From NCBI GenBank assembly GCA_965237415.1, contig CBDEFM010000002.1, positions 384,001 to 448,000 of the forward strand: a stretch of 64,000 nucleotides of DNA, written 5' to 3'. The notes beneath the pieces are model-generated. The model saw only the letters and a list, made by a program, of their open reading frames with translations, had not been told where the DNA came from and made no database searches. The position numbers were made by a program, and so were the translations under genes. This stretch comes from Alphaproteobacteria bacterium (lineage in GTDB: Bacteria; Pseudomonadota; Alphaproteobacteria; UBA828). This document shows positions 1 through 9,587 of the stretch, one piece after another. How positions within the stretch are numbered: position 1 is the stretch's first letter; each line of letters starts with the position of its first letter.

Positions 1-92
1 CATAGACTGGCCGCGAACCGCGCCTGTCCCCTGCCTTCTGCGCCGGCAGGGGATTTGCGCTTCGCAAACCGAAATGGAGGAGGTCGTAGCCC

Positions 93-1100
93 ATGTACAA
101 ATCTGCTCTCGCATTTGTGGCCGCCGCCGTGGCTTTGGCAGGGACTGCTAGCGCCCAGGAAGACATGCCATTCGCGCTTGACTGGAAGTTCGAAGGTCCC
201 TCCGCGCCGTATTTTGCGGCCATCGACAACGGCCATTTCGAAGCCGCCGGCCTCAACGTCGAGATCTCCGCCGGCCAGGGCTCTCTGGATGCCATCCCCA
301 AGGTAGCCACCGGTGCCTTCCCGATCGGCTTCGCGGACATCAACTCTCTGGTCAAGTTCCTGGACCAGAATCCCGGTGCACCGGTCATCGCCGTCATGAT
401 GGTTTATGACAAGCCGCCTTTCGCCGTCGTCGGCCGCAAGAGCCTCGGCGTCATGGTGCCGAAGGATCTCGAGGGGCGGGTGCTCGGAGCGCCTCCGCCG
501 GATGGTGCCTGGGCCCAATTCCCGGCCTTTGCCACTGCCAACGACCTCGATGTCGACAAGATCACCGTCGAGCCCGTTGGTTTCCCAACCCGCGAGCCGA
601 TGCTCGCAGAAGGCCATGTGGATGCCGTTACAGGCTTTTCCTTCTCGTCCTTCCTGAATCTCGTCCGCCTCGGCGTACCAGAGGACGACATTTCGACCAT
701 ACTGATGGCAGATTACGGTCTCGCGCTCTACGGGAACGCGATCATCGTAAACACTGATTATGCGGCAGCCAACGCCGACAAGGTTACAGGTTTCATCACT
801 GCGGTGGCGAAGGGGTGGAAGGATGCCATCGCCGATCCGGCGAAGGCCATTGAGTCGCTAGTGAAGCGGAACCCCGCCGCCGATGCGGCGCTTGAGACTC
901 GTCGGCTTCAGCTTTCCATCGACGCCAATGTGCTCACGGACTACACGAGCGCCAACGGAATCGGCGGCATCGATTCTGCGCGCTTCGAGAAGGCGCTGAT
1001 GCAGATCGCGGAGAGCTACGAGTTCCAGAACGAGCCGGACGCTTCGCTCTATTTCACGGATGCATATCTGCCTGCGGCTGAAATGAGAATGCTCCAGTAA
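93..1100 (+). CDS. ABC transporter substrate-binding protein, NMT1/THI5 (NitT/TauT) family
   Basis: Signal peptide; LDWKFEG...G.F...GL.V motif of NMT1/SsuA-like SBPs; GGAGGAGG RBS; followed by ATPase and permease. Confidence 0.9.
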   Translation: MYKSALAFVAAAVALAGTASAQEDMPFALDWKFEGPSAPYFAAIDNGHFEAAGLNVEISAGQGSLDAIPKVATGAFPIGFADINSLVKFLDQNPGAPVIAVMMVYDKPPFAVVGRKSLGVMVPKDLEGRVLGAPPPDGAWAQFPAFATANDLDVDKITVEPVGFPTREPMLAEGHVDAVTGFSFSSFLNLVRLGVPEDDISTILMADYGLALYGNAIIVNTDYAAANADKVTGFITAVAKGWKDAIADPAKAIESLVKRNPAADAALETRRLQLSIDANVLTDYTSANGIGGIDSARFEKALMQIAESYEFQNEPDASLYFTDAYLPAAEMRMLQ

Positions 1101-1127
1101 CCTGACCGCGGCAGAGTATGCTGCATG

Positions 1128-1175
1128 CGCCGGCCGGGGAGGCGGATTCGGTGGGAACAACCTCTCCGGCCGGCG
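1128..1175 (+). other. Intergenic stem-loop after SBP gene (possible mRNA stabiliser/attenuator)
   Basis: CGCCGGCCGGGGAGG (1128-1142) pairs with CCTCTCCGGCCGGCG (1161-1175) with one G-U pair; no U-tract. Confidence 0.5.
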
Positions 1176-1215
1176 GCCAAACGCAGGGTGTCGGCCTGTC
1201 AGCGGGCGGCCTCGT

Positions 1216-2010
1216 ATGGATGCCCTGATCGACATAAGGGACGTCAAGCTTAGCTATGAGACGGAGGGCGGAAGGCTGCCCGTCCTCGATGGCGTCGAGA
1301 TGCAGGTTCCCGAGGGCGGCTTTGTGGCCGTGGTCGGCCCGTCCGGTTGCGGCAAGTCAACCCTCACGCGCTTGATCGCCGGCTTGCTGAAGCCGGATGC
1401 GGGCGAAGTCTGGCTTCACGGGCAGCGGGTTACGGGCCCGAAGTCCTCGGTCGGAATGGCGTTCCAGAACCCGGTCCTGCTTGAATGGCGTTCCGTACTG
1501 CGGAACGTGACACTGCCGCTTGAGCTAGTGGCCCCGCGCATGCCAAAGCGGGAGAAAGAGGAGCGCGCGCGGCAGCTTCTGGCCCTCGTCGGCCTCGAGG
1601 GATTTGAGGACAAGCGACCGAGTGAGCTTTCGGGCGGCATGCGCCAGCGCGCTTCGCTTTGCCGTTCAATCGTGCACAAGCCGGAAGTGCTTATCCTCGA
1701 TGAGCCTTTCGGGGCGCTGGATGCGTTCACGCGCGAAGACCTCTGGCAGACGATGCACAAGGTGAAGTCGGAGGAGCCGTTCACCGGCGTAATGATCACA
1801 CACGATCTTCGGGAATCGATCTTTCTGGCGGATGCGGTGATCGTGCTTTCCGGCCGTCCGGCGGTCACGCAATACACGATGGAGGTCCCGTGGAAGGGTG
1901 AACGGGATCTCGGCCGCCTCTACACCCCGGAGGCGACAGAAATGCTGGGGGAACTTCGGCACCAGATTGAGATTGCGCAGGGCAGGTCCCCACGGGAGGC
2001 GGCCGTATGA
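1216..2010 (+). CDS. ABC transporter ATP-binding protein (NitT/TauT family)
   Basis: Walker A GPSGCGKS, signature LSGGM, Walker B LILDEPF, H-loop ITHD. Confidence 0.95.
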   Translation: MDALIDIRDVKLSYETEGGRLPVLDGVEMQVPEGGFVAVVGPSGCGKSTLTRLIAGLLKPDAGEVWLHGQRVTGPKSSVGMAFQNPVLLEWRSVLRNVTLPLELVAPRMPKREKEERARQLLALVGLEGFEDKRPSELSGGMRQRASLCRSIVHKPEVLILDEPFGALDAFTREDLWQTMHKVKSEEPFTGVMITHDLRESIFLADAVIVLSGRPAVTQYTMEVPWKGERDLGRLYTPEATEMLGELRHQIEIAQGRSPREAAV

Positions 2011-2765
2011 ACTGGCGCGTTTTTGCGCCGGTTTTCGCGCTCGTCGTGGTCGGCCTGTTGTGGGAGGCCCTGGTGTGGGTGAATGACTGGCCGAACTACA
2101 AGATGGCCTCACCCTCGGATCTTGGACCTGCCTTCTGGAAGTTCCGCTGGCTATTCCTTGAGTACGGATGGGACACGCTGTGGCGAACCGTGGCGGGGCT
2201 CGTACTGTCCGTGTTCGCCGGCGTGCTTCTCGGCATGATCATGGGACTAAACCGGACCATGCGGGATGCGCTTTACCCGCTGCTTGTTGGCTTCAACGCC
2301 ATACCCAAGGCGACCGTCGTCCCCATCATCGCGCTGCTGTTTGTCGGCCTGCACGATATGAACACGATCCTGATTGCGTTCCTCATTTCCTTCTTTCCAA
2401 TCGCCGTTTCCGTCTCGATCGGCCTGTCCACGCTCGAGCCGGAATACCGTGACATCCTCGCCGCGCTCGGCGCGTCCCGTTTCACGATCTTCTGGAAGAT
2501 CGCGCTTCCGAAGACGCTGCCGGAGTTCTTCGGGGCTCTCAAGGTCGCGGTAACGCTTGCCTTCATTGGCACGAACCTGATGGAGATCGTGGAACCACAT
2601 GGACGCGGACTTGGCCATCTATTCGACAGCGGCAAGATCAGCGCGAACTATCCCCTGATGTTTGCTGTGCTCATTGCGCTCGCGGCCCTTGGTATTGTGC
2701 TCTTCTACGTCGTCGTGGTGCTGGAGCGCATCTTCGCTGGCTGGGCTGAGCGCTCACCGACATGA
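2007..2765 (+). CDS. ABC transporter permease (NitT/TauT family)
   Basis: Multiple hydrophobic helices; EAA-like loop LGASRFTIFWKIALP; ATGA overlap with ATPase gene. Confidence 0.92.
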   Translation: MNWRVFAPVFALVVVGLLWEALVWVNDWPNYKMASPSDLGPAFWKFRWLFLEYGWDTLWRTVAGLVLSVFAGVLLGMIMGLNRTMRDALYPLLVGFNAIPKATVVPIIALLFVGLHDMNTILIAFLISFFPIAVSVSIGLSTLEPEYRDILAALGASRFTIFWKIALPKTLPEFFGALKVAVTLAFIGTNLMEIVEPHGRGLGHLFDSGKISANYPLMFAVLIALAALGIVLFYVVVVLERIFAGWAERSPT

Positions 2766-3109
2766 CTCGCTTTGAAATTCACCGGACTCACGCGGTGTTT
2801 CGCCCGTGTTCAGGCGGCCAATCGCCAGTCGCGATTCCGCTTACTGCTTGAGCGTGGCTGGCTTGACCCGGTGCTGTCGCCACCGCCATCACCCGCTGAC
2901 CGAAGCCTTACGACGGGCTCGCTAACCGTTCCGTCGAGCCGTGGAATGGTTCTGCCGGCCACTGAGTTCGGCGCGTCCAGCCGAACGACTTTCTCTCACA
3001 GCGGCCGTTCGACACCTTCGCCCATCCCAGCCATGATAGGCTGGAAGGGTGGCGAAAGGTTGACGGTCATCAAGGCTTGCCCCAATGGCTACTGCCCATG
3101 CAAAACTTG

Positions 3110-3223
3110 ATGACCGAAGCGCACGATCTTCTCGGTCTTGCTTCCCCGCAGGATGTCGATCATATGCGCAGCGCCGAAGCGCTCGCCGGAGCGCTGGACC
3201 GTCGAGAGGACCATCCGTGCCTC
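3110..3223 (-). pseudogene. Short fragment resembling the RecQ helicase RQC domain
   Basis: Reads EARMVLSTVQRSGERFGAAHMIDILRGSKTEKIVRFGH, like the RQC pattern LS..R.G.RFG...IDILRGS..EKI..FGH; stop at 3089-3091; no rest of gene. Confidence 0.6.
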
Positions 3224-3644
3224 CTCGACCCCGTGTGCCTCGCGGTGATCGTCGATGAACCCGATCATGGCTTGAACCGGCGGTCGAGCTCCGCCTGGGC
3301 AAAATAGGCGCTCGCCTTGCGCAGGATCTCGTTGACCTGCCGGAGGTCGCGGTTCTCACGCTCCAGGGCTTTCAACCGCTCGGCGACCTCGCTGGGGACG
3401 CCGGCGCGCACGCCGCTGTCGCGCTCGAACCTCTTCACCCACTCATTGAGCGTCTGCGCCGTGCAGCCGATCTTCCCAGCTATCGAGGAAACAGCCGCCT
3501 AACGCGAGGCGTGTTCGCCCTCGTGATCCACAACCATCCGCACCGCACGGGCGCGAACCTCAGAAGAAAACCTGTTCCTTGTCTTGCTCATAATGGCTCC
3601 ACTTTCTCAAGAGTTGGAGCCACCGCCAAACCCGGAGCGGTTCA
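3224..3644 (-). mobile_element. Truncated IS3-family (IS51-like) insertion sequence remnant
   Basis: Left end TGAACCGCTCCGGG at 3644; OrfA and only the first ~15 codons of OrfB ([15 protein letters not shown]); no right end. Confidence 0.85.
3265..3591 (-). pseudogene. IS3-family transposase OrfA with premature stop
   Basis: MSKTRNRFSSEVRARAVRMV...[14 protein letters not shown]...[38 protein letters not shown]; TAG at 3499-3501 where Trp is typical. Confidence 0.85.
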
Positions 3645-3754
3645 GTTGCAGCAAAAGACGGTCCCACTATGGCATTTGATTTGAGTGGTGCGGGTGGAGA
3701 GATCACGGCGTGCGAAGAAGACATCTGAATAGGTCAGGAATAGATGTAGGTGGT

Positions 3755-5860
3755 CTATTCCAGCGTCACCCGGTAGTTGCCGAGCGCGTCGATGACGGCC
3801 GTCGCGTCCTCGGGCACGAGGACGGTGGTCGTGGCTTCTTCGACGATGGCGGGGCCGGCGATCTGGGCGCCGGGTGAAAGGTCGTTGCCGCGATAGACCG
3901 AGACCGTCTCCGGGGCGTCGCGGCTGGGCAGGTGAACGAGGCGCCTGCCGTGAGGGCGTGCTTCGTGCGCGGCCGCTGCGCCTTCCGCAGGCGCGAGGTC
4001 GGCGGCAGCGGGCCCGATGGCGCGCACCTTCCAGGTGGTGAACTCGACGAGATCGTCCTCGTTCTTGATCGTGTAGATGCGCTCGTGCATCCGGTGGAAG
4101 CCGTCGGCGAGGCCCGGCACATCGGCGGCGGCAAGCGCGCCGTCACGCGCGCTATTCTCCCGCGCGCCGTCACGCGCGACGAACGGCACCTCGATCTCCC
4201 ACGACTGGTACTGGTAGCGGCCGAGATAGGCGTACTCGAAGCGCTGGTCGGGCTCGGCGATGCCCGCGCGCGCAAGGAAGGCGCGGCCCCGCTCCTCCAG
4301 TTCGGCGAGCACCCCGTTGACACCTTCGAGATCGAAGCGGGCGGCGTCGGTGACGAGCGTCGCCGTCTCCTCCCACACGATATCGGAGATGAGGCCGCCG
4401 AAGGCGCTGAGGCCCGCTGAGAACTTGGGCACCATGTAGCCCTTGATGTCGAGCACCCGCGCCATCTGCCCCATGTGCATGGCGGTGGCGCCGCCGCCGG
4501 CGACGAAGTAGCTCTCGCGCGGGTCGATCCCCTCCTGCACGGTGATGTCCTCGATGGCGGCGATCATGGTGTGATCCACCGTGCTCGCGATGACGCGGGC
4601 CGCGACAGCAAGCTCAATGCCGAGCGCATCCGCGATGGTGCCGACGGCCTTCTCCGCCGCGCCCTTGTCGAGGTGCATCCTGCCGCCGAGGAAGTAGTCG
4701 GGGTCGATGATGCCGAGCACCACATCGGCATCGGTGACGGTCGGCCGCATACCGCCGAGGCCGTAGCAGGCGGGGCCGGGGTCCGCGCCGGCGCTCTCCG
4801 GCCCCACGCGGAGCAGTCCGCCGGCGTCCACATGGGCGATGGAGCCGCCGCCGGCTCCCACTGAGCGCACGTCCACCTTGGGGATGCCCAACATGTCGAA
4901 CTCGGTCAGCATCGCCTCAGGCGAGATGACGAGCTGGCCGTCGCGCACGGCGGAGACGTCGAACGAGGTGCCGCCCATGTCGACCACCACAAGATCGGGC
5001 GCATCCGTGAGCCTTCTGGCGGCGACCGGCGCCAGCGTCGGCCCCGACATCACGCTGTAGATCGGCCGCTCGGCGATTTCGTCCGGCGGCATCATGCCGC
5101 CCAGGCAGTTCGCGATCATCAGCTCGTTGCCGTAGCCGCTCTCCCGCAGGCTCCGGTCGAGCGCGTGGACATAGGCGCTCACCACCGGCCTGAGCGCAGC
5201 GTCGATGACGGCAGAGACCGTACGGCGATATTCGCGGGCAATCGGGTTGAGCCGGTGGCTGAGCGTCACCGGAACTTCGGGCCAGGCGCCCTTGACGATC
5301 TCGCCCACGCGCCGCTCGTGGCTGCCGTTCACCACCGACCACAGCAGGCAGACCGCGACCGCCTCCACGCCCAGCTTCCGAAAATCCTCGACCGCTGCGA
5401 GAACGTCCTCCTCCTCCAGCGGCGTGTGCTCCGCGCCGGTGGCGTCGATCCGCCCGCGCACGCCACGCGTCCTGATCCGGGGCACGAAGGGCGCGGGATA
5501 GGTGAGGCGCCACTGAAACGGCGGCTTTCGGGGCGCTTCGCGCAGCGTGAGTATGTCGCGGAAGCCGTGGGTGCAGATCAGCCCGACGGTCGCGTGCTTG
5601 CCCTCCAGCAGCGCGTTGGTCGACACCGTCGTGCCGTGGACGACGCGCTCTACCCGAGCCATGAAGTCCGGGAGCGCTCGCCCGTAGCCATCGGCCGCCA
5701 GCTTCAGCGCATTCATGAAGCCAAGCTCGAACGCGGCGGGCGTGGACGGCGTCTTGAAAATGCTTAAGTGCTGGCCAGCGTCCGAGACGACGCAGTCGGT
5801 AAAGGTGCCGCCGATATCGATGCAGACCCGGTAATCCCCGGGCGGGGAAGCAGCGGCCAT
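3755..5860 (-). CDS. Hydantoinase/oxoprolinase family protein, A (ATP-binding) subunit
   Basis: DIGGTFTD, HGTTVSTN, DMGGTSFD, GAGGGSIA, GPESAGADPGPACYG motifs. Confidence 0.93.
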   Translation of the reverse strand: MAAASPPGDYRVCIDIGGTFTDCVVSDAGQHLSIFKTPSTPAAFELGFMNALKLAADGYGRALPDFMARVERVVHGTTVSTNALLEGKHATVGLICTHGFRDILTLREAPRKPPFQWRLTYPAPFVPRIRTRGVRGRIDATGAEHTPLEEEDVLAAVEDFRKLGVEAVAVCLLWSVVNGSHERRVGEIVKGAWPEVPVTLSHRLNPIAREYRRTVSAVIDAALRPVVSAYVHALDRSLRESGYGNELMIANCLGGMMPPDEIAERPIYSVMSGPTLAPVAARRLTDAPDLVVVDMGGTSFDVSAVRDGQLVISPEAMLTEFDMLGIPKVDVRSVGAGGGSIAHVDAGGLLRVGPESAGADPGPACYGLGGMRPTVTDADVVLGIIDPDYFLGGRMHLDKGAAEKAVGTIADALGIELAVAARVIASTVDHTMIAAIEDITVQEGIDPRESYFVAGGGATAMHMGQMARVLDIKGYMVPKFSAGLSAFGGLISDIVWEETATLVTDAARFDLEGVNGVLAELEERGRAFLARAGIAEPDQRFEYAYLGRYQYQSWEIEVPFVARDGARENSARDGALAAADVPGLADGFHRMHERIYTIKNEDDLVEFTTWKVRAIGPAAADLAPAEGAAAAHEARPHGRRLVHLPSRDAPETVSVYRGNDLSPGAQIAGPAIVEEATTTVLVPEDATAVIDALGNYRVTLE

Positions 5861-7708
5861 CTAGTTGCCGGCCCCGCCATTCCGGGCCTGTCTCAGCCGT
5901 GTCGTTTCTTCAGGGTCGACCTCATGCTGGATGCCGTCGGCGGCGTGGCGGAGGGCGACGGCATAAACCTCCGCGGCCTTCTCCAGGCTGAGCCAGCCGT
6001 TGTCGACCGCACGCGCGACTGCCGCCGGATCGCGCCGGGCGGGGGCGCCGTAGCCGCCGCCGGCGGTGGTGACGAAGCGGAACATTTCGCCGGGCGCGCA
6101 ACGCTCCTCGTGGAAGGAGGGGAGGGTGACGAGAGTGCCGCCGGCGGTGCGCTTCTGGTTGATCGAGGGCGCGCCGTCGCTGCCGCCGCGCACGCCCTTC
6201 GACGGATAGGTGTCGCCGTCGCTGCAATAGACCGCGGTCATCTCGCCCGCGACGGGGCCGTAGACGGCGAGCGTACCCGGCGCGCCGTCCCACTCGCCGT
6301 GGCCCAAGGTGTCGATGGCAAGCTCCCGGCACTCGAAGTGGATGGGGAACATGCTCTCGTCCACCTCGGTGGGGGAGAGGATTTGCATGCCGCCGTCCAC
6401 CGGCCCGCCGTAGGTGACCCAGCCGTCGTGCCCCGGCAGCCCCGGCCCGCCGCCGAAGCCGATGAACATCTGGTTGACGTAGGTCTGGCCGTCCCGCCTG
6501 GGGTCCTCGCCCGAGATCACGGCGAGACCCAGCGCCTGCTGATAGCCGCCTTCGGCCATGCCATGCGTCGGCCCGATCTGGGCGAAGCAGCAGGAGACCG
6601 CGTTGACGAGCCGGTCGGTGACGTTGGTCGTGGCGACCGAGGTGCCGACGGGGTAGCGCGGCCGGCCGACGATGCAGTTGTCGCGCAGCAGCACACGGAT
6701 GCGCCGTGCGCTGCCCTCGTTATGGGGGATGGTATGGTCGATGTTGTAGAAGGCGCCGGCGCGACAGGCGGCAATCGAGCAGGTCTCGCTCAGGTTCAGT
6801 CCGCTCGGGATGCAATCGATATTGTCGCGCACATCGACGGTGATCGTCGCCTCGTCGGGATCGACGGTCACGGAAGCCCGGACCGGAATCCCCTCGTCGG
6901 CGACGCCCGGCAACGGATCGTGCCGGTTCTCGTAAGACCAGGTGCCGGCCGGCAGAGTCCTGATGGCGGCGGCGGCGCGGCGCTCGCCATAGGCCATCCA
7001 GGCCTCGACGAATTCGGCGATGGTCTCCGGCCCGTATTTCTCCACCAGCTCCTTGATCCGGCGCTCCGCCGTGCGGCAGGCGCCTACCTGAGCCAGATAG
7101 TCGCCGTACCAGAGATCGGGCACCCGCACCTTGATCCTGGCCATGCGGATAATGTCGCGGAGTTCCTTGTAGCCCCGCTCCACACGGACGCAGGGGAAAT
7201 GCAGACCCTCCTCATAAATCGTCTTGGCGTAGGGCAGGTAGGTCGACGGGATCGGCGCGCCGACATCGGCATGGTGGGCGCGCGAGACGGTCCAGAAGAG
7301 CGGCTTGCCGTTGAAGTACACGGGCACGCAGAGCGTGAGGTCCGCGTGGTGCGTGACTCCCGTGTAGGGGCAGTTGTTGAGGAAGGCGTCGCCCTCTTCG
7401 ATATCGTCGAAGAGCTCGGTGAGCGGCCGGGTCGTGAGGTCGATGGCCGCCGCGTGCACCGGGATGCACTCCTCGATGCAGACCAGCCGGTGATCGTAGG
7501 TGAGGATGGCGCAGGACATGTCGCGCGCGATCTTGATAACGCCCGACTTGCTGGCGCGCAGCACGCAGTTGCTCATCTCGCGCAGGATGGCGCCGAAGCG
7601 GCTGGAGAGAACCGAGAGCAGCATCGGGTCGAAGTCCGGCGCCGCCGCCGTCATCGCGCCGCCGCCGACGGTGATCGTATCGAATTCGGAGAGGGGCTGG
7701 TCTTCCAT
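5861..7708 (-). CDS. Hydantoinase B/oxoprolinase family protein
   Basis: DP..LSVL...F..I.REM, NCPYTG.TH..D, HHADVG, IYEEG, TAGGGGYG.P..R motifs; start at 7708 or 7654. Confidence 0.92.
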   Translation of the reverse strand: MEDQPLSEFDTITVGGGAMTAAAPDFDPMLLSVLSSRFGAILREMSNCVLRASKSGVIKIARDMSCAILTYDHRLVCIEECIPVHAAAIDLTTRPLTELFDDIEEGDAFLNNCPYTGVTHHADLTLCVPVYFNGKPLFWTVSRAHHADVGAPIPSTYLPYAKTIYEEGLHFPCVRVERGYKELRDIIRMARIKVRVPDLWYGDYLAQVGACRTAERRIKELVEKYGPETIAEFVEAWMAYGERRAAAAIRTLPAGTWSYENRHDPLPGVADEGIPVRASVTVDPDEATITVDVRDNIDCIPSGLNLSETCSIAACRAGAFYNIDHTIPHNEGSARRIRVLLRDNCIVGRPRYPVGTSVATTNVTDRLVNAVSCCFAQIGPTHGMAEGGYQQALGLAVISGEDPRRDGQTYVNQMFIGFGGGPGLPGHDGWVTYGGPVDGGMQILSPTEVDESMFPIHFECRELAIDTLGHGEWDGAPGTLAVYGPVAGEMTAVYCSDGDTYPSKGVRGGSDGAPSINQKRTAGGTLVTLPSFHEERCAPGEMFRFVTTAGGGYGAPARRDPAAVARAVDNGWLSLEKAAEVYAVALRHAADGIQHEVDPEETTRLRQARNGGAGN

Positions 7709-7713
7709 AGCGG

Positions 7714-9378
7714 CTACACCAGGTTGCGAAGGCTGGCGAGGTCGAAGGCGTCGTCGACGTCGAGCCAGTGGCCGGTGACGTAGTGCACGTCGATGGCAAC
7801 GCCCTGGCGGACGATGTAAGCGAAGACGTCGGGCAGGTCGGCGCGATCGAGGGTGCCGTCCTCGGTCAAGGCGTCGAGCGCGCCTCGCACCAGCGCAGCA
7901 CCGTCTTCGCTCAGCTTGACGAGGCCGATGAACTCGCCGTGAGCGCCGTCGGCCCCGGCCGCATCGCTCCCGATCGCTTCCAGCGTCACGCGGTCGTCGT
8001 CGAGATAGCCGCCGGTGAAGGGCCGGGAGCAGCGCACCCAGTCGACCGCGCGGTCGGGGGCGCGCGAGGAGTCGGGCAGGCGTCGTGCGTCCACCACCGT
8101 AACGATGTCGCCGTCGGCGGCGAGGAGCCCCTCCAGCACATGCCGGCGGAACAGGATATCGCCGTAGGAGACCAGGCACGGCCCGTAAAGCCGATTGTAG
8201 GCGCAGGCGAGGGAAGCGGCCTCGCCAGTCTCGTCGTAGCGATCGTTGTCGACCGCCTCGATGCCGGCGAGATCGATCGCCTCCTTGCGGTAGCCGCGCA
8301 CCACCGTCACGTCGCGCAGGCCGCTCTCGTTGAGCGTTCGGACGAGGCGTTGGAGCAGGGGCTCGCCGCGCACGTCGATCATGCACTTCGGGCGCCGCTC
8401 GGTAAGCGGGCCGAGCTTCTCGCCGCGCGAGGCGGCAAGCAGGATCGCGCGCTGACCGCCGCCCGCGGCGAGATAGCGCGCCTCGGCGGCAGCAAGCTCG
8501 GCCTGGCCGGTGAGCGAAAAGACCTCCCGCACGGGCGCGATCTCCTCCTCGACGGCGACGAGGGATTCGCTCTCCCTGATCGCCTTGCTCACCTGGCGCA
8601 TCGCGGACACCGCAGCCCGCATGTTGTGGTTCGCCCAGATCACCATGGAGACCCCGGCGTCCCGGAACGTCTGTGTCGGCGTGCGGTGATACATGGTCGG
8701 CACGATTACCACCGGCGCCCGGCCGCCCCAGGACTCGCAGAAGCCGGTGATCTCGTCGGCGGTCTCCTTCTTGGAGTGGATCAGCACCGCGTCGGCGCCG
8801 GCCCGGTGATAAGCCTCGGCCCGGCGCAGCGCCTCGTCCATGCCCCAGCCGGCGATCAGCGCCTCGACGCGCGCCACGATCTGGAAGTCGTCGTCGCTTT
8901 GGCTGTCCTTGCCCGCCTTGATACGGCCGCAGAACTCGTCCACGTCCGCCAGCGGCTGGTTCTCGCCGATGAAGGAGTTGGTCTTTGGGAACAACTTGTC
9001 CTCGATGCAGACCCCTGCAATGCCGCGCTGGCAAAGCTTTCTCACCAGGCGCCGCACGTTGTTGAAGTTGCCGTAGCCGGTGTCGCCATCCACGAGGATG
9101 GGGATCGTGGTGGCGTCGGCCATGAACTCCAGCATTTCGAGGACCTGGGTCCAGGAGGCCTCGTTGTTGTCGCGCACGCCGAGTGCGGCCGACATCGAGA
9201 GGCCCGAGGCCCAGATGCCCTCGAACCCGGCCTCTTCCACGATCTTGGCGGAGAGCCCGTTGTGCGCCTCCATGATGAAGGAGAGGGCAGGGGCGTGGAG
9301 CAGGCCGCGCAGCCGCGCGGCCTTGGACATCGTGGCAGCCTGCGCGTCCGCGCTGCCGATAGGAAGCCTTGTCGCCAT
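7714..9378 (-). CDS. aepX: Phosphoenolpyruvate mutase fused to C-terminal nucleotidyltransferase domain
   Basis: [16 protein letters not shown], PepM signature [10 protein letters not shown] (EDKxxxxxNS), WANH; C-terminal AILLAASRG...RPKCM, VVRGY, VSYGD, W.DVD of NTP-transferase; alternative start 9411. Confidence 0.95.
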   Translation of the reverse strand: MATRLPIGSADAQAATMSKAARLRGLLHAPALSFIMEAHNGLSAKIVEEAGFEGIWASGLSMSAALGVRDNNEASWTQVLEMLEFMADATTIPILVDGDTGYGNFNNVRRLVRKLCQRGIAGVCIEDKLFPKTNSFIGENQPLADVDEFCGRIKAGKDSQSDDDFQIVARVEALIAGWGMDEALRRAEAYHRAGADAVLIHSKKETADEITGFCESWGGRAPVVIVPTMYHRTPTQTFRDAGVSMVIWANHNMRAAVSAMRQVSKAIRESESLVAVEEEIAPVREVFSLTGQAELAAAEARYLAAGGGQRAILLAASRGEKLGPLTERRPKCMIDVRGEPLLQRLVRTLNESGLRDVTVVRGYRKEAIDLAGIEAVDNDRYDETGEAASLACAYNRLYGPCLVSYGDILFRRHVLEGLLAADGDIVTVVDARRLPDSSRAPDRAVDWVRCSRPFTGGYLDDDRVTLEAIGSDAAGADGAHGEFIGLVKLSEDGAALVRGALDALTEDGTLDRADLPDVFAYIVRQGVAIDVHYVTGHWLDVDDAFDLASLRNLV

Positions 9379-9587
9379 GGGGAATCGCCGGTTCGTCGCC
9401 CGTTCGTCCATGAACCTGACGTATCGCGGTGATATAAAAGGTTAACGACAAGCCGGCGCCGATGCAATGCGGCGCCCCGGATTCTTCCCCACCGGGTGCG
9501 TGAAACGTGACAGCGCCGCGCGATGACGTGACGGCGCCGGCACCGCGACGTCTCCCGGCGCGACCCAATATATGTAGTTGGAAACGC

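Noticed and set aside
2772-3110. 112-aa ORF after the permease
   Set aside because: TTG start, no RBS or recognisable motif; probably non-coding or decayed sequence.
3499-3501. Stop-codon read-through or recoding of the TAG in IS3 OrfA
   Set aside because: The element is truncated; a TGG-to-TAG decay mutation is simpler, and TAG ends many normal genes here.
7714-9378. Phosphonopyruvate hydrolase or isocitrate lyase-family alternative for the PepM gene
   Set aside because: The EDKxxxxxNS motif and fused nucleotidyltransferase point to biosynthetic PepM.
9563-9581. NrdR-box-like AT-rich sequence CCCAATATATGTAGTTGG
   Set aside because: Weak single match and flanking genes are not nucleotide reductases; more likely part of the divergent promoter.
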